From: a virus
Lineage: Duplodnaviria; Caudoviricetes
DNA: 33,142 bases
Reading direction: 5' to 3' (one strand)
IMG/VR virus record: IMGVR_UViG_3300030330_004871
Coordinates: 1-33,142 of that record
The notes beneath the pieces are model-generated. The model had not been told where the DNA came from, did no database searches, and saw nothing but the letters and a program-made list of their open reading frames with translations. A program made the translations under genes and the position numbers. Positions 19,986-25,262 of this stretch are shown piece by piece (positions within the stretch are counted from its first letter, which is position 1; every line of letters begins with the position of its first letter).

Positions 19986-20012
19986 TTGCATTTAAGTCAC
20001 ATATTTTATAAT
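19986..20012 (+). promoter_or_regulatory. Sigma70-type promoter
   Basis: TTGCAT...TATAAT with a short 15-bp spacer containing GTCACAT. Confidence 0.5.
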
Positions 20013-20122
20013 AACAAATCATACGTATTCCTAAGCCTATATGAAAAGGTGGGGCTTCAAAACACCTTATGAATCCAGAACAACGAAAACTAATTTAACT
20101 TTAATTAAATGAGGAGATTATT

Positions 20123-20380
20123 GTGGAGATTAGTAGAACTGTTAGAAAAAGCAGTGAAGAGGCATTAAATCAGGCGTTAGACAAATTAGTTATGGTTTGT
20201 CCTAATAAGAAAACCTATGATGAACTAACTAGTTTAATGTTTCAGTTGTATTGTGGAAATGACTATGGCTTAGGAAATTTTAGTTTATCTTTTCTCGACA
20301 AAATTGAGGAAAGATGGCAATCAGGCAGAAAGAAAATAGCTCAGGCTAAAGGTTTAAAATTGGTTGTCAAAGATGCGTAG
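20123..20380 (+). CDS. Hypothetical protein
   Basis: 85 aa, GTG start, GAGGAG RBS. Confidence 0.75.
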   Translation: MEISRTVRKSSEEALNQALDKLVMVCPNKKTYDELTSLMFQLYCGNDYGLGNFSLSFLDKIEERWQSGRKKIAQAKGLKLVVKDA

Positions 20381-20430
20381 CCACGGTGTAATCCATAATC
20401 CATATCTTTTCCCGCATCGTGGTTATGCAC

Positions 20431-20625
20431 ATGTCAAAGGTTCCTAGAGGTTTAGTAAGTAAAACCATCTTCTTTGTAAGCGCTTTATCTGGAGATGAGC
20501 GAACTAGATATATTGAAGAAATTCTAGACGATTATTATTGGATTAAATCACAAAGATATCCCAAAGCAACAGTTAAAAAGTTTTATGAGCTATTCACCAA
20601 ACTTGTTAAAAAATTTGGGCATTAA
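20431..20625 (+). CDS. Hypothetical protein
   Basis: Start uncertain (20419, 20425 or 20431); follows a strong hairpin. Confidence 0.6.
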   Translation: MSKVPRGLVSKTIFFVSALSGDERTRYIEEILDDYYWIKSQRYPKATVKKFYELFTKLVKKFGH

Positions 20626-21004
20626 GTTAGCCATGGAATTTTTAAAAGAAAAACGACCCCCTGAGATTAGGTTGTTCCAAGCTATCCTGTTACAGGCGTT
20701 TGAGGATTCGATGTCCATTAGTGGTTTTAAAAAGGATACGTATTGGAAAGAAGATAGTCATAAATGGTTTTTAGAAAATAGTACAGATTTCCAGGACGTA
20801 TGTTGGAATGCAGATTTAGATCCACAGGTTATTAGAGAAGAGTATTTAAAATTGATTAAAAAAGGTGTTGTTAAATTTAGTAAATTACAAAAATCGTGGA
20901 TGAATTATCGTGAGTATTACAGGGCGTATCGAAATGCTAAAACAAAAGAAGAAAGGGCTGAAGTAAAAAAGAAAATTTTTTCTGATAAAATTAGAATTAA
21001 ATAG
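20585..21004 (+). CDS. Conserved phage hypothetical protein
   Basis: 139 aa with 'LFQAILLQAFED...WF....DF..VC..A.LDP' motif. Confidence 0.75.
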   Translation: MSYSPNLLKNLGIKLAMEFLKEKRPPEIRLFQAILLQAFEDSMSISGFKKDTYWKEDSHKWFLENSTDFQDVCWNADLDPQVIREEYLKLIKKGVVKFSKLQKSWMNYREYYRAYRNAKTKEERAEVKKKIFSDKIRIK

Positions 21005-21211
21005 TCATGGTGGTCTTATAAATTTGATAACCCCTGGGGGCATTACAAAGAGAGCGTAAATGTTATCCCCCAAGGAACTAATGAAATATTGATCTTTTTT
21101 AAGGACCATGAGAAAAATATACCAGAATACCGGCTACCGGACAACAAGTAAAAATATACTATATAGATATCCTAGACTAACTAACAATAAAAAACAGTCA
21201 GGGGGTAATAG

Positions 21212-21318
21212 TGGTGTATCTGGTGTATCTAAAGAACTATTATCTAATAATACCAACACTTTTAGACCATTTTTATGGTGTATCTATGGTGTATCTATGG
21301 TGTATCCCGGATACACCA
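21212..21318. repeat. TGGTGTATC iteron-like array
   Basis: Direct copies at 21212, 21221, 21276, 21287 and 21298; inverted copy at 21310. Confidence 0.9.
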
Positions 21319-21412
21319 GTCTTGCGGGAACTTGATCGAATAAATTTCAGGTAGTTACTTTTTGATGAAATAATCTATATAGTAGAAATATAATGAACAA
21401 AAAGAAAAAATA

Positions 21413-21934
21413 ATGGGTGGGTTAACTAAAAAAGAGTTAAGAACTGAAAAAGATTTAACTCAAAAACAAAAAATGTTTGTTGAGATTATGGTGCAAGATC
21501 ATGGACAAATCACACAAGCTGAAGCTTTGAAGAGAGCAGGATATGATTGTAAAGATATAAATACAGCTAGATCTACGGCTTCCCAATTATTAAACAGAAG
21601 AAAAAATCCACATATAGCAAAATATTATGACAAAAGATTTGAACAAGAAATTAAAAAATATGAGAGTGACAATCTCAGACGTTACAAAAGATTTGAAAGA
21701 TTAGCTGATAAGGCTGAAAAAAAAGATCAATACGCAGCTGCAATTAATGCTGAGTATAGATCAGGTCAATTAGCTGGTGCGTTCATTGATAGAAAAGAAG
21801 TTAGAGTAACTGGTTTGGAGGGAATGTCACGTGAGGAACTTGAAAGTAAACTCAAAGAACTTTCAGAAAAAATCGATGGTTATAATGCAAAAACCATTGA
21901 GCCTGAAGAGACGGCTGTATCTGAAGAGGGCTAG
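21413..21934 (+). CDS. terS: Terminase small subunit
   Basis: LTQKQKMFV...A..RAGY...ASQLL....PHI HTH signature; C-terminal 'MSREELE..L'. Confidence 0.8.
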   Translation: MGGLTKKELRTEKDLTQKQKMFVEIMVQDHGQITQAEALKRAGYDCKDINTARSTASQLLNRRKNPHIAKYYDKRFEQEIKKYESDNLRRYKRFERLADKAEKKDQYAAAINAEYRSGQLAGAFIDRKEVRVTGLEGMSREELESKLKELSEKIDGYNAKTIEPEETAVSEEG

Positions 21935-22067
21935 TTGGTCTGTTTGGATCAGAGAGTTTAATAAATTGCATAATCCTACGATGTTCACTTCAATTGGTAA
22001 TGTTGAGGTTAATGTAAATGAGAAAAAAAATAGCTATACCAAAAAAAATAAAAAACCAAATCGATAA
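21885..22067 (+). CDS. Possible small overlapping protein
   Basis: MQKPLSLKRRLYLKRASWSVWIREFNK...; bridges terS and the next gene, overlapping each by about 50 nt. Confidence 0.35.
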   Translation: MQKPLSLKRRLYLKRASWSVWIREFNKLHNPTMFTSIGNVEVNVNEKKNSYTKKNKKPNR

Positions 22068-22314
22068 ATATCCCATGGTAGCTGTCGAATGGTATGATAT
22101 TGTTTCGAATAGCTCGTGGTCTTCGTTTGATGAACTTAGAAAATCTAAGTTGGCTACGTGCATTACCAAGGGTCACCTTCTATCTCAAACTAAAGGTGTA
22201 ACTAGATTATTTGGTGACTATTCATTTGCTGATAATGGAGTTGACATTGAAAGTATAGGTAATACTACTATTATACCTAATTCAGTAATTAAGGAGATAA
22301 AAAAGTTAAGTTAA
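22018..22314 (+). CDS. Conserved phage hypothetical protein
   Basis: 98 aa, V.VEW.DI...SSW...C...G.L...IP...I pattern; GAGG RBS. Confidence 0.75.
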   Translation: MRKKIAIPKKIKNQIDKYPMVAVEWYDIVSNSSWSSFDELRKSKLATCITKGHLLSQTKGVTRLFGDYSFADNGVDIESIGNTTIIPNSVIKEIKKLS

Positions 22315-22317
22315 TTA

Positions 22318-22719
22318 ATGACAATAAACGCAAGAGAATCTAGACTTTGGCAAAAGGTTAAGAAAGGACTTAACAAATGTTTTTTAACTCGCATAGAATC
22401 TAGCACAATCAATGGTATTCCTGATATTCATGGCGTAAGTAAATCTAAAGTTTTTTGGATTGAACTTAAATCTGATGAAGCTAATTATCCTAAATTAAAT
22501 AAATGGCAAATAGTTTGGATTAATAAATATATTAAAGCTGGTGGGATTGTATTTATCCTCGATGAGACCCTCTCGAAGAGGTCTCTTAAACTTTACAGAC
22601 CGGTGTCCGTGTTTACTGATCCTCGTTCCCTCGTGTCGTTTGCCTCGTTCTCGTTCCCGTTACAATGGCTAACGGTGCAGGAGACCATCCTGCGGGAACT
22701 GGAAGCTCGGGCAGCATGA
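22318..22719 (+). CDS. Holliday-junction resolvase / VRR-NUC-like PD-(D/E)xK endonuclease
   Basis: ESRLW, RIES...GIPD, WIELK and Q..W......GG. Confidence 0.8.
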   Translation: MTINARESRLWQKVKKGLNKCFLTRIESSTINGIPDIHGVSKSKVFWIELKSDEANYPKLNKWQIVWINKYIKAGGIVFILDETLSKRSLKLYRPVSVFTDPRSLVSFASFSFPLQWLTVQETILRELEARAA

Positions 22720-22834
22720 TCCTCGTTTCTCGTTCTCGTCCTCGTTCTCGTTGGGAACACGACCACGGACCATCCAGCGAAGGCAGCAGCTCAGGCAGCA
22801 GCTGGTGGGAATTCCCTTTCACCTGCCCCTCGTT
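22622..22834 (+). repeat. CTCGT(T) short-repeat cluster 1 in a GC-rich island
   Basis: About 10 co-oriented copies, e.g. CCTCGTTTCTCGTTCTCGTCCTCGTTCTCGTT. Confidence 0.85.
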
Positions 22835-22888
22835 TCTTTTTACTCTTTGTTAGTTAACGGGGGGCTGGTAAAAGGGATCCTCCTGCTG
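22796..22888. ncRNA. Candidate structured small RNA (long hairpin)
   Basis: 22813-22834 pairs with 22856-22877 (20 of 22 pairs), plus an outer CAGCAG/CTGCTG helix. Confidence 0.5.
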
Positions 22889-22902
22889 GGCAAAAAAAGT
22901 TC

Positions 22903-22931
22903 TTGACTTATATCCCATGAGGTCTTATGTT
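22903..22931 (+). promoter_or_regulatory. Sigma70-type promoter
   Basis: A-tract, then TTGACT-17 bp-TATGTT with TATCCCAT in the spacer. Confidence 0.75.
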
Positions 22932-23125
22932 AGACTTGCGCACTTCAGGAGTCTTGGACCATGATGGCTAATACAGGGTTGATCACTGCTCTGGCTTGAA
23001 ACAAATAAAAACTGAAGTGACGCTAATAAGGTTTCAAAGTGCCATAATATAGTTGATACACTTTGGTAGTTTGCAAGTTTCCTATTTCACTAAACTTGCA
23101 CTAACAAAATAACAAAGGAGAGCAA

Positions 23126-23320
23126 ATGCCAAAGTATGTGGTAAACGTTGATATGGATTCACCCCGTGAAGAAGGTGAACATATTGAAGAGAAATTTAAA
23201 AATGGAATCGAAGCCCCGAACGAACACGAAGCTGAACTGGTTGTCGACAAGTTCGTAAAAAATCAAATGTACGGAGGTCCGTACTATTCGATTTCAAAAG
23301 CGGAGGGCGAAGATGAGTAA
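23126..23320 (+). CDS. Small acidic early protein
   Basis: 64 aa; AAGGAG RBS. Confidence 0.75.
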   Translation: MPKYVVNVDMDSPREEGEHIEEKFKNGIEAPNEHEAELVVDKFVKNQMYGGPYYSISKAEGEDE

Positions 23321-23627
23321 TTCCTATGATCACACAATAAAGATGAATATGCTGGATTCGGTCTACGGCAGCAAAGAAAAATTGAAAAAGAACCTAGCCT
23401 TGAAAAGAGAGGAACTACAGCAGTGGCATCTTGAAGAACAAAAAAAATATGACCGCGCTTTAGAAAATTTTGATGAGTGGTACACTGAGTACGCGGGAGC
23501 TCCGTGGGAGGAGAACAATGATATGCCGGAAGCCGGTAAAACTTACGCGTTGACCGGTGGCCGAGACCAACCTTCTATTGCCAGTGGAGATAGTTGGAAG
23601 GATTGTGTAGTGAAGGATGAGAAATGA
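23313..23627 (+). CDS. Hypothetical protein
   Basis: 104 aa; GGAGG RBS. Confidence 0.7.
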   Translation: MSNSYDHTIKMNMLDSVYGSKEKLKKNLALKREELQQWHLEEQKKYDRALENFDEWYTEYAGAPWEENNDMPEAGKTYALTGGRDQPSIASGDSWKDCVVKDEK

Positions 23628-23628
23628 T

Positions 23629-23826
23629 CTCGTTCTCGTTGTCGTTTAGTGAGGGACTTATTTCATTGAATGTCTGCCATCCCAGCAGCACGGGCAGCTT
23701 CTGATGGGCGCTCTCGTAATGTATTTAGTTTTGTTGTTATTGTTCCCAAGTACAACTTTGCTGGTGACTGGAATTCTCGTACTGGGGGTGATTGGTGCTT
23801 TCTTTTAACCTCGCTCGTACTGGGGG
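23629..23826 (+). repeat. CTCGT short-repeat cluster 2, including 2x CTCGTACTGGGGG
   Basis: Copies at 23629, 23635, 23713, 23776 and 23814. Confidence 0.75.
23704..23808 (+). CDS. 34-aa hydrophobic hairpin membrane protein (not in ORF track)
   Basis: MGALVMYLVLLLLFPSTTLLVTGILVLGVIGAFF*. Confidence 0.5.
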   Translation: MGALVMYLVLLLLFPSTTLLVTGILVLGVIGAFF

Positions 23827-23922
23827 CACGATGGGCAGCACCACAAGTTCAAGGTTAGCCGTGCACGGCAGGTGGAAATTAGTTCCCAAGCATTACTTTA
23901 GAATTATTCTAAAAAATAATAG

Positions 23923-23950
23923 TTGCTTGATCAGTGGGATTTGATAAGAT
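23923..23950 (+). promoter_or_regulatory. Sigma70-type promoter with extended -10
   Basis: TTGCTT-16 bp-TAAGAT (TGn precedes the -10), with TGGGAT in the spacer. Confidence 0.6.
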
Positions 23951-23982
23951 TTCGATCAAACAATTTAATAAAGGAGAAAAAT

Positions 23983-24393
23983 ATGGGTCTTGATATGTAT
24001 GCCTTCAGGCACAAGGGCGCAAGAATAACAAGCAAAACAGATAGAGATAAGTTAGAAGGAACTAAAAGGGAGATAGTGCAGTTTGCCGATTGGCGAAAGC
24101 ATAACCGACTACAAGGTTTTATGGAGAACATCTGGAATGAAAAGACAGGTCATCATAAAATGGGTGTCTTTAATTGTGAGCCATTATATTTAGATCGCTC
24201 TGATCTCGATAAATTAGAAGAGGCGATAAGATCACGCTCGTTACCAGAAACGAGTGGTTTCTTCTTCGGTCAAGATAGCTACACCTGGCAGGGCGAACAA
24301 GAGGACATGAAAGCCTACGATTTAAAATTTGTGGCTAATGCTAAAAAATATCTTAATGAGGGGTATGAGGTATTTTATGAATGTTGGTGGTAA
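23983..24393 (+). CDS. Widespread 'MGLD' phage protein of unknown function
   Basis: MGLDMY...WRKHN.L..F...NC...L...GFFFG...Y..WW; AAGGAG RBS. Confidence 0.8.
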   Translation: MGLDMYAFRHKGARITSKTDRDKLEGTKREIVQFADWRKHNRLQGFMENIWNEKTGHHKMGVFNCEPLYLDRSDLDKLEEAIRSRSLPETSGFFFGQDSYTWQGEQEDMKAYDLKFVANAKKYLNEGYEVFYECWW

Positions 24394-24432
24394 AGGCACA
24401 ACTACAGGTTGAATAAAAATTAAATTTAACTA

Positions 24433-24463
24433 TTGCATTAATAATGGGATTTGATAGTAATAT
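24433..24463 (+). promoter_or_regulatory. Sigma70-type promoter
   Basis: TTGCAT...TGGGATTTGATA (12 bp identical to 23935-23946)...TAGTAATAT. Confidence 0.55.
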
Positions 24464-24510
24464 CTTATCCAATATTAATTGGTGTAAATTAACTAAACAA
24501 AGAGGTCTAT

Positions 24511-24840
24511 ATGACACAAGCAGCCAGACGACTAAAGCAAGAGGAAAAAAAAATAGTTCTTGCTTATGTTCAATTAAAGCTAAGACAAAACAGACTATCT
24601 AAAGAGTTAGATACAATGAAACAAAACATTGTTGATTGCTTTGATAGAACAAAACAAAACTTAATCATTGTTCAAGATGAAAGTGGTAATAGTTTTGGAT
24701 TGCAAAAAATAAATCGTAAGAGAAAGAAATTTGAAACAGCAAATTTCAAGATTGCTCATAATGATTTATATAATAAGTTCACAACTGAAATAGCTTATTG
24801 TGAATACAAAGCGATTGGAGAAAACAATGTCCAACAATAG
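24511..24840 (+). CDS. Hypothetical coiled-coil protein
   Basis: 109 aa; ACAAAGAGG RBS. Confidence 0.75.
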   Translation: MTQAARRLKQEEKKIVLAYVQLKLRQNRLSKELDTMKQNIVDCFDRTKQNLIIVQDESGNSFGLQKINRKRKKFETANFKIAHNDLYNKFTTEIAYCEYKAIGENNVQQ

Positions 24841-25087
24841 CTTGATCAATATAGCGCAAATACTTGCAGAAAGGGTTGGAGATAAATCGCCAACTCAATT
24901 AAAAGACATGGTTATTGATAATGGAGTTAAGAAACAACTCAATTACGAAATCATGTTTCAATTATTAATGGGTGAGTGTGAGAAACACATTTTAGAAAAT
25001 GTGGGTAACCCTGTTGTTGATGAGTTTAAAGACAACATACTTAATAAGTTTAGTACGCTTATACAAACACTAACACCTAACACATAA
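24827..25087 (+). CDS. Hypothetical protein
   Basis: GGAG RBS before ATG 24827. Confidence 0.7.
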   Translation: MSNNSLINIAQILAERVGDKSPTQLKDMVIDNGVKKQLNYEIMFQLLMGECEKHILENVGNPVVDEFKDNILNKFSTLIQTLTPNT

Positions 25088-25100
25088 TAATTACTCACTA

Positions 25101-25126
25101 ACCAATGGCGCAACTGCGCCATTGGT
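25101..25126. repeat. Perfect 12-bp inverted repeat
   Basis: ACCAATGGCGCA-ac-TGCGCCATTGGT. Confidence 0.85.
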
Positions 25127-25212
25127 GTATCTACAAGGCTCTTTTTCCAAAACAAATTAGACCTGCATTTCTTAGTAGAGGATCCTGCGTTCCAGCCTGT
25201 GCAAAGTACAAC

Positions 25213-25241
25213 TTGCACCTTTAGTAAGTAGGATATATAAA
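25213..25241 (+). promoter_or_regulatory. Putative terL (late operon) promoter
   Basis: TTGCAC-17 bp-TATAAA, with TAGGAT in the spacer. Confidence 0.5.
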
Positions 25242-25262
25242 TACATAGGGGTCCCAAACGGT

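Noticed and set aside
20378-20433. Stop-codon readthrough or selenocysteine-like recoding at the TAG in the hairpin
   Set aside because: An in-frame TAA follows after five sense codons, and the downstream ORF is in another frame.
21108-21335. 75-aa ORF over the iteron array
   Set aside because: The translation (SGVSGVS, YGVSMVY) simply reflects the DNA repeats; more likely non-coding.
22613-22853. ORFs 22613-22822(-) and 22665-22853(+)
   Set aside because: Low-complexity translations of CTCGT/GCAGC repeats with atypical codon usage. The minus ORF has a GAGGGG upstream, so it is not fully excluded.
22938-23023. tRNA or hammerhead ribozyme
   Set aside because: No T-loop (TTCRA) or cloverleaf; no CUGANGA core paired with a proper stem III.
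21212-23826. Short repeats as a CRISPR array
   Set aside because: Repeats are 5-13 bp with no regular unique spacers and no cas operon. The Cas4-like exonuclease is a common stand-alone phage gene.
23670-23858. 62-aa ORF in the track
   Set aside because: No RBS. The overlapping frame 23704-23808 gives a more coherent membrane peptide.
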